Below, piece by piece: positions 1 to 12,541 of a stretch of DNA of 64,000 bases; the stretch's first letter is position 1; each line of letters begins with the position of its first letter. The notes under the pieces were generated by a model. It was not told the DNA's origin and did no database searches. It was given only the letters and a program-made list of their open reading frames with translations. The stretch is from Eledone cirrhosa (Eukaryota): contig OZ024741.1 in NCBI GenBank assembly GCA_964016885.1, forward strand, positions 8,308,001-8,372,000, in the 5' to 3' direction. Both the position numbers and the translations under genes were made by a program.

Positions 1-1197
1 GCTGGGTGTAAAAGAGAGAGCCCGGCTCTATAGCCGATGTAATACTTGGAATACACTGTTGGGTGTGAAAGAGAGAGCCCGGCTCTATAGCCGATGTAAT
101 ACTTGGAATACACTGCTGGGTGTAAAAGAGAGAGCCCGGCTCTATAGCCGATGTAATACTTGGAATACACTGCTGGGTGTAAAAGAGAGAGCCCGGCTCT
201 ATAGCTGATGTAATACTTGGAATACACTGCTGGGTGTAAAAGAGAGAGCCCGGCTCTATAGCTGATGTAATACTTGGAATACACTGCTGGGTGTGAAAGA
301 GAGAGCCCGGCTCTATAGCTGATGTAATACTTGGAATACACTGCTGGGTGTGAAAGAGAGAGCCCGGCTCTATAGCCGATGTAATACTTGGAATACACTG
401 CTGGGTGTAAAAGAGAGAGCCCGGCTCTATAGCTGATGTAATACTTGGAATACACTGCTGGGTGTGAAAGAGAGAGCCCGGCTCTATAGCCGATGTAATA
501 CTTGGAATACACTGCTGGGTGTAAAAGAGAGAGCCCGGCTCTATAGCTGATGTAATACTTGGAATACACTGCTGGGTGTAAAAGAGAGAGCCCGGCTCTA
601 TAGCTGATGTAATACTTGGAATACACTGCTGGGTGTGAAAGAGAGAGCCCGGCTCTATAGCTGATGTAATACTTGGAATACACTGCTGGGTGTGAAAGAG
701 AGAGCCCGGCTCTATAGCCGATGTAATACTTGGAATACACTGTTGGGTGTGAAAAAGAGAGCCCGGCTCTATAGCCGATGTAATACTTGGAATACACTGC
801 TGGGTGTAAAAGAGAGAGCCCGGCTCTATAGCCGATGTAATACTTGGAATACACTGTTGGGTGTGAAAGAGAGAGCCCGGCTCTATAGCTGATGTAATAC
901 TTGGAATACACTGTAGGGTGTGAAAGAGAGAGCTCGGCTCTATAGCCAATGTAATACTTGGAATACACTGTTGGGTGTGAAAGAGAGAGCACGGCTCTAT
1001 AGCCAATGTAATACTTGGAATACACTGTTGGGTGTAAAAGAGAGAGCACGGCTCTATAGCCGATGTAATACTTGGAATACACTGTTGGATGTGAAAGAGA
1101 GAGCCCGGCTCTATAGCCGATGTAATACTTGTAATACACTGTTGCGTGTGAAAAATAGAGCCCGGCTCTATAGCCGATGTAATACTTGGAATACACT
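1..1197. repeat. 57-bp tandem minisatellite, ~21 copies, truncated by window start
   Basis: Unit gctgggtgtaaaagagagagcccggctctatagccgatgtaatacttggaatacact repeats every 57 nt with few substitutions and no spacers; explains ORFs 692..892 and 920..1264. Confidence 0.97.
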
Positions 1198-1289
1198 AAA
1201 GTACATATCGTTGGGGCTGGGCACAAATTGTGAACACATCAGTACTGTATTTAAAACCTCCTGAGGGATCACATTGGAGTTCTCCCCCA

Positions 1290-1481
1290 GGGCCAGTAAA
1301 TTTGGAGGGAAAAAGGAATAGTTGAATAAATCAACCCCAGTACTTGACTGACATTGATTTCATCGGCCCCAGGAGGGTGAAAGACAAAGATGACATCATT
1401 GGAATTTGAACTCACAATTTAAAGAGCCAGAACTGCAACGATATTCTATCGGACGCTCTACCAATTCTGCCAATCCGCCAC
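1290..1481 (-). mobile_element. tRNA-derived SINE (octopus OK-like)
   Basis: Reverse strand ggcggattggcagaattggtagagcgtc...gtgagttcaaattcc (A/B-box-like), then ctttgtctttcaccctcctggggccgat core; similar to copies at 43.5, 49.6 and 52.4 kb. Confidence 0.75.
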
Positions 1482-1599
1482 CTTTCTGTGAGGTCTTCAA
1501 TGAGAATTAATAATTCTCTGTTAATTCTTCATCTTCAGAATTACAAGGAATCCATCTTTGATACGATAACTGTTGCTTGTATCATTGATGTCAATATAT

Positions 1600-1639
1600 T
1601 CTTGTTGCTGTTGTTGTCGTCGTCGTCGTCGTCGTCGTC

Positions 1640-1672
<33 letters not shown>

Positions 1673-1691
1673 AGTATTGGTGGTGTTGTTG

Positions 1692-1723
<32 letters not shown>

Positions 1724-1758
1724 GGTGTTGTTGTTGTTGTTGCTGTTGTTGTTGGTGG

Positions 1759-1789
<31 letters not shown>

Positions 1790-1878
1790 GTTGTTGTTGC
1801 TGTTGTTGCTGCTGTTGTTGTTGTTATTGTTGCTGTTGTTGTCGTTACTACTGTTGTTGTTGTCGTTGTTGTTGTTGG

Positions 1879-1912
<34 letters not shown>

Positions 1913-1938
1913 ATTGTTGCTGTTGTTGTCGTTACTAC

Positions 1939-1972
<34 letters not shown>

Positions 1973-2082
1973 GTCGTCGTTGCTGTTGTTGTTGTTGTTG
2001 TTGTTGTCGCTGTTGCTGCTGTTGTTGTTGTTGTTGTTGTTGCTGTTGTTGTTGTTATTGTTGCTGTTGTTGTCGTTACTAC

Positions 2083-2116
<34 letters not shown>

Positions 2117-2165
2117 GTTGTTGTTATTGTTGCATCCAGTGATGTTGTTGTTGTGGCAGTTGTTG
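1600..2165. repeat. (TTG)n/(TGG)n trinucleotide microsatellite
   Basis: Directly visible; gives spurious poly-L/poly-N ORFs. Confidence 0.97.
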
Positions 2166-2326
2166 TCGTTACCGTCCATCACCATGGTTACCGTCTGATA
2201 TTGTTAAATTGTCCAATGTACGAAATTTTTTATTTATTTCTATCCCACTCTTATTTTGGGATTTTTTGATCTGTTTTTACAAAAAAATTTCATTTACTTT
2301 ATATTTATTTATAGGTCTCCCCCACC

Positions 2327-2389
<63 letters not shown>

Positions 2390-2392
<3 letters not shown>

Positions 2393-2960
2393 TTAATATA
2401 GATGAGATTCTACAGGACTAGAACTGTTTCATTCTTTAGAAATCATCCGGAATCTGGGTATCAAAAAATAAATATGGTATTTATAGGTCTCTTCGGGTGG
2501 TAGGAGAGGGTAGGGAGTGGGATGGGTAGAGGTCATTGGTTGATAGAAAAGGGAATTCATTAAAAGTTAATTCTTTAAAGCTATAATTTATATTTAGAGT
2601 AACAAAGGCAGAAAGAATTTTATAAACAAGTTCAGAATGGGGTGCCACTCCTTATTTTTAAATTTCTCTTAAGCTAACAATGCCTATATTTCAGGTGTCT
2701 ATAAGATCGTTGGGGGTCAGTCATGGTTGATGGATTTAAAGAAAAGGGAAATTCTTTAAAAGCTAATTCTTTAAGGTTCTACTTAGAGTGACAAAGGCCT
2801 AGAGATTTCTATAGACCAGTTCAAAATATTGAGTGCCTATCATACCATTATCTTCAAGTTTCTCTTAAGCTATATTCCAAATGTCAACAGACACATTCAC
2901 AAACACACACACTCACACTTACACACACGCGCACCCCCACATACACATACATAATATATA
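2390..2960 (+). repeat. Unclassified ~570 bp interspersed repeat, copy 1
   Basis: Highly similar reverse-complement copy at ~20290..20855. Confidence 0.85.
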
Positions 2961-3129
2961 CATACATATATATATATATAGATTAATTATATATATATAT
3001 ATATATACATTATGAAGAGGCTTAGCTCTGTTTCTCGACCGTTATATCGCGTGACTATCTCCCCCTCCGCCTTTTGGGATTCTTTCTCACGTCGTGTAGA
3101 CGCGTTCTTGAGACTAGTAAAATGAGGTA

Positions 3130-3217
3130 TCCTCTTGATAAGTCGGCAGACCTCGCAAGGACTCTATATCTTTGATATATTGTTTTTGTTTATGCCACGA
3201 AACTACGTAGTCGAGGA
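3130..3217 (+). ncRNA. Type I hammerhead ribozyme motif, U3-A8 core variant, long stem II
   Basis: tcctc-TTGATAA-gtcggca...tgccac-GAAA-ctacgtag-TC-gagga: stem I tcctc/gagga, palindromic stem III. Confidence 0.7.
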
Positions 3218-3448
3218 ATTTAGGAACAGTTTAGGTATGATACATTTTATTACTAATTATATCTAAATGTTTCTTCTCTCTTCATAATGTATTTTTAACT
3301 CTGATACTGGTTCAGTCTAGTTCAAACTGAATTGGTCTGTCCCAGTCATTCATTGAGCAACATCGGTGAAGTTGGCACCCTTAACTCACAGTTGGGTGCG
3401 GATGCATTCATGTATATATGTGTGTGTCCGCATGTATCTGTGTGTTTT

Positions 3449-3514
<66 letters not shown>

Positions 3515-3544
3515 CATACATACACACATATACACATATATAAA

Positions 3545-4200
3545 TATACACACTCCACCACATCTAACCTAGCTAGGAATATAGCCAAACACAATTCTAA
3601 AAAATTAAATAAGCCAACCACCTCCGAACCAATCCCCGGACTGGGGCCTTGTGTAATTGCCTAAATAACAGAGCCTGCCCACTTGAAAACAAATGCCTGA
3701 CAAATGATATCGTATATAAATGCGATGTCATCTGAGGTACCGATGATTGCAATAACAAAAAGACTTACAACGGCATGACTTCCAATAACTTTAAGACCAG
3801 TTGGTATGCCCATACCCACTCCTTCAGTAGACCGGACAAATTAAACCAGACAACACTCACCTCCTATGTTTGGGACCTCAAAAGGAACTCCAGCCCCTTC
3901 ACGCTTAAATGGAAAATACTCCAGCAGCGCGCTCTTACAACGGAGGACACAAGGGCTGCGACCTTTGTATCTCAGAGAGCTATGAAATTTTATTCGCCAA
4001 GGGCAAGTTACAGAACAAACTCTCTGAACACTGCCCGAACTGCATGCACAAGAACTTTGCAACTTTCAAATACCTTAAGCCAGTGTTAATGCCCGATGGC
4101 TAAAAACGACTTCCCCCTTTAAGCCCCTCTACCCCCTTCCTACCCACCCACCCTCAACCTGAAATACGGCCACTATGGTTATGTGAGTACCTCTTACCTA
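3545..4200 (+). mobile_element. Penelope-like element 3' fragment (decayed GIY-YIG endonuclease)
   Basis: Frames read CNCLNNRACPLENKCLTNDIVYKC..TYNGMTSNNFK..TTLTSYVWDLK..LKWKIL..CDLCISE; parallels ORFs 40236..41333 and 16511..16906. Confidence 0.85.
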
Positions 4201-4406
4201 TCTGCATTTTCTGCCTGTAGAGCTGTTTTTATGTGCCAGTGTATATGCGTATATTTATGAGTATTTATTTGTATATATATATATATATATGTATATATAT
4301 GTGTGTATATGTATGTATGTATATGTATGTATATATATATATATATATGTGTATATATATATATATATGTATGTGTGTATATATGTATATATGTATATAT
4401 ATATAT

Positions 4407-5014
4407 GTCAGGTCACCAGTTGGTGTTATTGGTAACATGTATCCCAGTACAACCTGTCTCATGGTCGGGTCGTTGGCGACTAAACTGGCAACCCCACTAA
4501 GGTTTCTTGGTGAGGAGGGTGGCTTTGGACATCCTGCAGGACTAAAAACAAAACCTGTCAAAAGGCAAAGGGGCTCTTAAGAGTCAATAGCCATCCAAAA
4601 TCACTGGGAGAGATGACCCCTTAGCCTTTGTCAAGGCAGAATTCTAGGAGAAGGAAAACTCTGATATAACACCTGCAACCCTGATGGTATCCAATGATGT
4701 TGAATTGTTCTTCTTTTTGGTAAATATCATCTTGGTTAAGAGAGTGGGACTGGCTTTGTGCAGTGCCTTTGCTCACTAGAAAAGCTTCACAGCACAGGCA
4801 TTGCTTTATATCTGGAGATCTCTGCACTTGTCGTCACATGGTACCAAGGGCCCAGCACTATGTGTCAATAATTGTCACAAGTGTAGTGTTTGTACCAGAG
4901 TTTTCAAGTCGCTGGCTGAACTAAAAAGTAACACTCGTTCAGCGCATTGGTAGGGGTTCTCCTACATGGATATAAAGTAGTGGCCGTACTCGAAAACGAG
5001 TTGGCAGCCACCAT
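4407..5014 (+). mobile_element. Non-autonomous RTE-derived retroelement (~605 bp), copy 1
   Basis: RTE-type 5'UTR motif ctaggagaaggaaaactctga, C2H2 finger remnant ([19 protein letters not shown]), 3' hairpin actcg-aaaa-cgagt, microsatellite tail; 8 copies in window. Confidence 0.8.
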
Positions 5015-5820
5015 GTATATATATATATATGTATGTATGTATTATGTATGTATATGTGTATATATATATATATGTATTGTGTATATATGTATGTATTGTG
5101 TATATATGTATGTATTGTGTATATGTATATGTATATATATATATATATGTATGTATATGTATGTATATATATATGTATGTAGATGTATGTGTATGTATGT
5201 ATATGTATGTGTGTGTGTATGTATATATATGTGTATGTATGTATGTATATGTATGTATATGTATATGTATGTATATGTATATGTATATGTATGTATATAT
5301 TTTTTTTGTATGTATATGTATATGTATGTGTATATGTGTGTGTATGTATGTATGTATGTATATGTATATGTATATATATATGTATGTATGTATGTGTGTA
5401 TGTATGTGTGTATATATGTATGTGTGTATATATATATGTATTATGTATATATATATGTATATATGTGTATTATGTATGTATGTGTATATATGTATATATA
5501 TGTATGTGTATTGTGTATATATATGTATGTGTATTGTGTATATATATGTGTATATATATATGTATATGTGTGTATTATGTATGTATATGTGTATATATAT
5601 GTATATGTATATGTATGTATATATATGTATGTATGTATGTGTGTATGTATGTATGTGTGTATGTATATATGTATGTATATATGTATGTATGTATATATGT
5701 ATGTATGTATATATGTATGTATGTGTGTATATGTATGTATGTATGTATGTATGTATATGTGTATATGTGTCTGTATATATATATGTATGTATGTATATAT
5801 ATATGTATATATATATATAT

Positions 5821-6430
5821 GTCAGGTCACCACTTGGTGCTACTGGTAACATGTATCCCAGTACAACCTGTCTCATGGTCGGGTCGTTGGCGACTAAACT
5901 GGCAATCCCACCAAGGTTTCTTGGTGAGGAGGGTGACTTTGGACATCGTGCAGGACTAAAAACAAAACCTGTCAAAGGGCAAAGGAGCTCTTAAGAGTCA
6001 ATGGCCATCCAAAATCACTGGGAGAGATGACCCCTTAGCCTTTGTCAAGGCAGAATTCTAGGAGAAGGAAAACTCTGATATAACACCTGCAACCCTGATG
6101 GTATCCAATGATGTTGACTTGTTCTTCTTTTTGGTAAATATCATCTTGGTTAAGACAGTGGGACTGGCTTTGTGCAGTGCCTTTGCTCACTATAAAAGCT
6201 TCACGGCACAGGCATTGCTTTATATCTGGAGATCTCTCTGCACTTGTCGTCACATGGTACCAACTGCAAAGCACTATGTGTCAATAATTGTCACAAGTGT
6301 AGTGTTTGTACTAGAGTTTTCAAGTGGCTGGCTGGACTAAAAAGTCACACTCGTTCAGCGCATCGGTAGGGGTTCTCCTACATGGATATAAAGTAGTGGC
6401 CGTACTCGAAAACGAGTTGGCAGCCACCAT
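5821..6430 (+). mobile_element. Non-autonomous RTE derivative, copy 2
   Basis: Same ends gtcaggtcacc...gcagccaccat as copy 1. Confidence 0.85.
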
Positions 6431-6696
6431 ATATATATATATGTATATATATATGTATATGTGTATGTGTATATGTATGTATGTGTATGTATGTATATAT
6501 GTATATATCTGTGTATGTATTTATTTATTTTTATATATATATATATATATGTATATATGTGTGTATATAAGTGTATATATGTGTGTATATATATGTGTAT
6601 ATATATTTATGTATATATGTATGTATGTGTATGTTTGTGTATATATGTGTGTATATATGTATATATATATGTATATATGTGTATATGTGTGTATAT

Positions 6697-6858
6697 ATGT
6701 GTCAATAGTTGTCACAACTATGTGTCAATAGTTGTCACAAGTGTAGTGTTTGTGCCAGAGCGTTCAAGTCGCTGGCTGGACTAAAAAGTCACGCTCGTTA
6801 GGGGTTTCCCTACATGGATATAAAGTAGTGGCCGTACTCGAAAACGAGTTGGCAGCCA

Positions 6859-6862
<4 letters not shown>
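6697..6862 (+). mobile_element. Non-autonomous RTE derivative, 5'-truncated copy 3
   Basis: 3' part only, with a short duplication tgtgtcaatagttgtcacaa at the 5' junction. Confidence 0.8.
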
Positions 6863-6917
<55 letters not shown>

Positions 6918-7102
6918 CATATATATATGTGTGTGTATGTATGTGTATGTGCATATATATATGTGTATGTGTGTGTGTATGTGTGTATATGTATGTATTT
7001 ATATGTATGTGTATGTGTGCATGTGTGTGTATATGTGTGTGTATATGTATATATATGTGTATGTGTGTATGTGTGTATATATGTATATATATACATATAT
7101 AT

Positions 7103-7696
7103 GTCAGGTTACCAGTTGGTGCTACTGGTAATATGTATCCCAGTACAACCTGTCCCATGGTCGGGTTGTTAGCGACTAAACTGGCAACCCCAGCAAGGTT
7201 TCTTTGTGAGGAGGTTGACTTTGGACATCCTGCAGGACTAAAAACAAAACCTGTCAAAGAGCAAAGGAGCTCTTAAGAGTCAATGGCCATCCAAAATCAC
7301 CGGGAGAGATGACCCCTTAGCCTTTGTCAAGGCAGAATTCTAGGAGAAGGAAAACTCTGATATAACACCTGCAACCCTGATGGTATCCAATGATGTTGAC
7401 TTGTTCTTCTTTTTGGTAAATATCATTTTGTTTAAGAGAGTGGGACTGGCTTTGTGCAGTGCCTTTGCTCACTATAAAAGCTTCACGGCACAGCCATTGC
7501 TTTATATCTGGACATCTCTCTGCACTTGTCGTCACATGGTGCCATGGGCCCAGCACTATGTGTCAATAATTGTCACAGGTGTAGTGTTTGTGCCAGAGTC
7601 GCTGGGTGAAAAAGTCACACTTGTTTAGCGCATCGGTAGGGGTACTCCTACATGGATATAAAGTAGTGGCCGTACTCGAAAACGAGTTGGCAGCCA

Positions 7697-7700
<4 letters not shown>
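7103..7700 (+). mobile_element. Non-autonomous RTE derivative, copy 4
   Basis: Full-length match to copies 1-2. Confidence 0.85.
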
Positions 7701-7733
<33 letters not shown>

Positions 7734-7869
7734 ATGGAATACTGTTATATATATATTATATGTTATGGAATATAATATAAATATAATATGAATATAATAT
7801 GAATATAATATATTAGATGTTATGGAATACTCTCAGCTTCTCGCTACAACAATTTCTATACTTTTCATT

Positions 7870-7908
<39 letters not shown>

Positions 7909-8115
7909 ATGTGTGGATATATGTGTATATATATATGTGTATATATGTGTATATATGTGTGTATATGTATATATATATATATATATGTATGTATATATAT
8001 ATGTATATATATATGTGTGTATATATATATATATATGTATATGTATGTGTATGTGTATTTGTATTTGTGTATGTGTGTATGTGTCTGTATACATATATAT
8101 ATATGTATATATATG

Positions 8116-8150
<35 letters not shown>

Positions 8151-8182
8151 GTATATATATATATACATATACACACATATAT

Positions 8183-8280
<98 letters not shown>

Positions 8281-8370
8281 GTATATATATATATAACTTT
8301 GAAATGTTTTGGCCAGTATTGGCCCAGGCCATGTCTAACTTAATAGCACCACCTGGCGAAGTCTTTCAAT

Positions 8371-11300
8371 TCAGGATTTGGGCACCATGGCCCATTCGAG
8401 AAGAGAATTACTGTTTGCGGAGACAGATCCGGGTGTGGGTGGTTTGTCCGGGATTACTTGGAGGAATTTGTCCAAAGACTTCTTGAATTTTGTGTGGTCA
8501 GTTTCTGTTTTGACGTGTCCTGGTGTGATGTTGAAGAGAGCAGGGCCGATTGAGGTGAAATAATTGTGCCGTATTGTTGCTATGAGTTGCGATTTAGATT
8601 TTTGAATGGGACGGATAGCACGGGGCCCAAGCCTTGGGTGTATCTTGAAGGCGATGCCAACATCATTTGGGCAGTGATGATGGAACATTTTCCACATCAT
8701 GCAGATAATATAACGCTCACGGCGACGTTGGAGTGAGTAAAGTTTCAGGTTTTCTAATCGACCCCAGTAGTCAAGGTCTGACATGCCATCTATCTTTTTC
8801 GTGATTGCCCTTTGAGGAGCTTCAAGTTTCATGATACTTTGTTTCGTGTGGGGAGACCACAGTGGACAACAGTATTCAAGGTGTGGTCGGGAAAAAGTAG
8901 AGAAGAGAAGGATAATGGTGCGGGAATCTCTCGACTGGAAGGTTCTGAGGATCCAGGAACACATTCTGCGGGCCATGTCAACTTTGCTGCTTATATGCGT
9001 GGTCCAGCTTATGTTGCTGTCCACGGTTACTCCCAAGTCTCTGATGTTGTTAGATGCCACGAGAGTTTCCCCGGAGGGAAGGGAGTACGGGAGTTTCAGA
9101 GCATCCTCTTTTCCAAAGTGGATCAGTTCGAATTTGTCTTCGTTCAGTAACATGTTGTTCTTTTCTGCCCATTGGGTAACAGCCAGTAGGTCTGACTGAA
9201 GGCTTATCCGGTCATCCACGTCATTGATGACCTTTTGGAGCTTGGAATCATCAGCGAAAATGTTAATGTTGCTGTGTTTGATGATGTCAGTGATGTCATT
9301 AATATAGATGATGAAGAGAAGTGGGCCCAACACAGTGCCTTGTGGGACCCCACTACTGACTTTGGCTGGGCTTGATTTGACTCCCTCAACTACAACATGT
9401 TGGGTTCTGTTTGACAGGAAGCTCTTGATCCACTGCAGCAGCTTTCCAGTGACACCAATATTGGACAGCTTTCGCAGTAGAATGTTATGATCAACCCTGT
9501 CAAAGGCCTTGCTGAAATCAAGGTAGATAACATCAGTGTTGGAACCCTCTCCCAATGCTCTCAAAATGTCATCAAAGTGATGCAGTAGCTGCGTCAGGCA
9601 ATCCCTTCCATTACGGAATCCATGCTGGTTGGAGTTCAGCATATTGTTACTCTCAAGGAAGTGGGTCATTCGCGATCTCACCACTCTCTCAAATACCTTA
9701 ATGATATGAGAGGTGAGTGAGATTGGACGGTAATTCACGGCAAGGGATTTGTTTCCCTTTTTGAAAACTGGGACAACAGACTGGGATAGAAGGTTTTCTG
9801 GCACATATCCAGCATCCAGTGAGTTCCGCCACAGATTGGCAAGAGGAGATGCAAGTTGGTGTTGACACGCCTTCAAGACACAAGCAGGGAACCTATCGGG
9901 ACCTACTGCTGAATTATGCTTGATTTCCTTTATTGCCGCCAAGACATCAGGGGCGCCAAACGTTATGTCCGATAAGGTGTAATGGGGAGTAACATCGCCG
10001 ATACAGCCCAGAACGGCCATATCAGGATTGCTGAAAACAGAGCAGTATTGTTTCTGCAGTATCTCACCCATGGTTTTAGCATTGTCTTGAAGAGTGCCAT
10101 TTTCATCAATTAGAGGGCCAACAGTAGAGCCAGTGATTTTGTGTTTTTTTGCAAATGAAAAGAACACTTTGGGATTGAGTTTGATCTTCTCAATGGCCCA
10201 GGCCTCTTCAGCTCTTCTCTGATTGTTGATGAGGGACATTATGTTGTTTTGGAGGTTATGTTTTTTAATCTCTAGTGATGAAATGGCAGTCAAGTTGATG
10301 TGTTGCTGCTGACAGTATTTCAGCTTGTTGATTTTTATGTTCGTTCTCTTAATTTTTCTGATGAGCGTTTTTCTATTTCTAGGGATTCTGCTCTTAGATT
10401 TGTTTATAGTTCTTAATGGGGTGTGTTTAGCACATATGTTTGTAACAGTGTCCACAAATGTCTGCCAGGACTTTTTGATGTTAGTGGGTGTATGAGTGTG
10501 CGTGAAGGACCAGTCGACATGTGCAAGATCATGACTGATCGCTTCCCAGTTTGCATTGTGGAAATCCATAGCGTCAAACGGATGGACAGGAGAGATGACA
10601 TTGGGTTTGTATATTGGACGGTGGAATCTCAGATCACAGAGAACCATGTCATGATCAGAGAGTAGAGTTTTCTCCACTGCAATATTGTGGATATTGTCAG
10701 TGTGATTGCTGAAAATTAAGTCTAGGACGTTTTTGTGGCATCTCGTTGGTTCGAGCACCAGTTGGGATAGGAAGAAATCATCCATGAAGTCAAGAAGCGA
10801 TTCCACAGCTTCCCTGTCAGAGGTTGAGGCAGAAGAACCTGGTGGCAGGCTGTTTGTGGACCAGTCAACTCCGGGGAGGTTGAAGTCCCCCATCATTAAG
10901 ATGTTGTCAGGGTGACACTCTTGGATGAAACACTTTATGCTGTTGAGGCATTCCCTGAAGCATGGTACAGGCGTTTGGGGTGGCCTATAGAGCCCAACTA
11001 CTAATAGGTTGTTGGTTTGACTGAATACAGTGACTGCTTCACAGTATCCATTAGTGAATATGTTCATAGCCTCTGTTGAGAAAGAATTATGGACATAAAT
11101 GGCAGTTCCGCCCTTTCTTCTGCCAGCGCGATCAGCAAGGATGGCTTAGAAATTTTTCACTTTCACCTCGGCTTCCAAGTGGAGGTTACTGAGATGGGTT
11201 TCAGTGAGGACGAAGAAAGGGATGTGGTTTGGATGGACATCAATCCAGTCCTCCAGGAATTTGATCTTCCATTTTTGAGTATTGGTGGAAGGGCTGATGC

Positions 11301-11598
11301 CTTGGGCGTTAAGCAAAAATGTAGAGGCGAGAGTGGATGGTTTTAATTGTTTTGGTGTGTTGTTAATTTGTTTGTTTGTTAATGGCAGCAATGGGAGTTT
11401 GTGCAGTGGGGTGATAGTGGAGGGTGGTGCTGGGTGATAGCTCGAATGTTTTTTTCCAGTTCTTTTGCCAGATTCATTATGGCTAAAAAAAAGAGGAAGA
11501 AGTTTCCTGTTTAGAAGACTGTTGGTGACTGTGGTAGTGGTTATTTTTATGTAGGTTATGGTTTTTGTTTTTGCTTTTATTTTTAATTTTATTTTCAT
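8371..11598 (-). pseudogene. LINE ORF2 (APE endonuclease + reverse transcriptase) with one in-frame TAA at 11146..11148
   Basis: APE motifs LLNAQGI, LTETHL, GGTAIYV, GLYRPP, MGDFN, LDLIFS, SDH; RT motifs NYRPISLT, QHGFR, YLDFSKAFD, GVPQGTVLGP, FADD. ORFs 11146..11598 and 8371..11067 are in the same frame. Confidence 0.93.
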
Positions 11599-12541
11599 TT
11601 GTCCGACGGGTCCCCGGGAGATGGGTAAAGGGACAATCCCGGTCTAAACACAATCTGTCTCGCAGGGAAAAGCGGCAGATTTGTGGATTCCTTGTTTGAG
11701 TTATTGGTGGTTGTGTTGGTGTTAAATTAGAGTATGTATTATGGTGGTGGCTGTTTGTGGGGATAGATCGTTTTATCCTAGGTAAATGGGTGAATTTGCA
11801 GCCACTATCCGTACATATTCTATAGCGTAGAGAGTAGCGGCAAATGATGGGGTTTCGAGTGGGTGGGTATGTGGGTGTGTGTGTTGTGAGAGGTGTAGAT
11901 GATGGTTTGGGTAGGATTTGACGACCTTTGTGGACTGTGGGAGGGAGAGTTCTTGTACTGGTATTAGAAGGTAAATTCCTTGACATAGCAGTAGACAAAA
12001 ATGTTGTAGTAGTAGTAGTAGGCAGAGATGTTGGCAGTGGTGATGATTGGACTGTTGGGCCAGAGAAAGGATGTGGCGTTTCATGCTGTGAGACAGAGGC
12101 TACTGGGGGGTCAATAGTTTCATTTAGTAGATCGGCCATTGTTGATGAATCAAGGAGTGGTTCACACTGTTGTTGTCGTTGTTGTTGTTGTTGCTGTTGT
12201 TGTTGTTGTTGCTGTTGTTGTTGTTGTTGTAGCTGTTGTTGTTGTTGCCGTTGTAGCTGCTGCTGTTGTTGTTGCTGCTGCTGGACAGCATTCGAAGAAA
12301 AAAAACACCGTAGTTTATCCAAATGTTTATTGATTAATTTAAAAGCAATTTCGATTTGCTTTAATTTATTTTGAATCTGTTGTTCAGATCGAGTTTTCAA
12401 AAATTGAACTGTACGTTTAGCAATGTCGTTCAGAGATGAAGCATGTATGTCTTCTGTTTGGGTAAGGCAATGCCATGTGTTTATTAGAATGTCGATTTCA
12501 TTATCAGACCAGTTCTGTTTGGATTTTTGCTGGTTAGCCAT
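11483..12541 (-). CDS. LINE ORF1 (Myb/SANT-like N-terminus, polyQ, two CCCH zinc fingers)
   Basis: 352 aa open frame upstream of and overlapping ORF2; NWSDNEIDILINTW..RSEQQIQNKLK; ICRYSLRYRICTDSGCKFTH and ICRFSLRDRLCLDRDCPFTH. Confidence 0.8.
   Translation of the reverse strand: MANQQKSKQNWSDNEIDILINTWHCLTQTEDIHASSLNDIAKRTVQFLKTRSEQQIQNKLKQIEIAFKLINKHLDKLRCFFSSNAVQQQQQQQQQLQRQQQQQLQQQQQQQQQQQQQQQQQRQQQCEPLLDSSTMADLLNETIDPPVASVSQHETPHPFSGPTVQSSPLPTSLPTTTTTTFLSTAMSRNLPSNTSTRTLPPTVHKGRQILPKPSSTPLTTHTPTYPPTRNPIICRYSLRYRICTDSGCKFTHLPRIKRSIPTNSHHHNTYSNLTPTQPPITQTRNPQICRFSLRDRLCLDRDCPFTHLPGTRRTNENKIKNKSKNKNHNLHKNNHYHSHQQSSKQETSSSFF

Noticed and set aside
1-1197. CRISPR-like array or tandem hammerhead (ctgatg...gaaa)
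   Set aside because: No unique spacers and no cas genes; the core reads CTGATGT/CCGATGT and lacks valid stems I and III
1290-1481. tRNA gene
   Set aside because: A/B-box-like head runs into a SINE body shared by several copies; no cloverleaf
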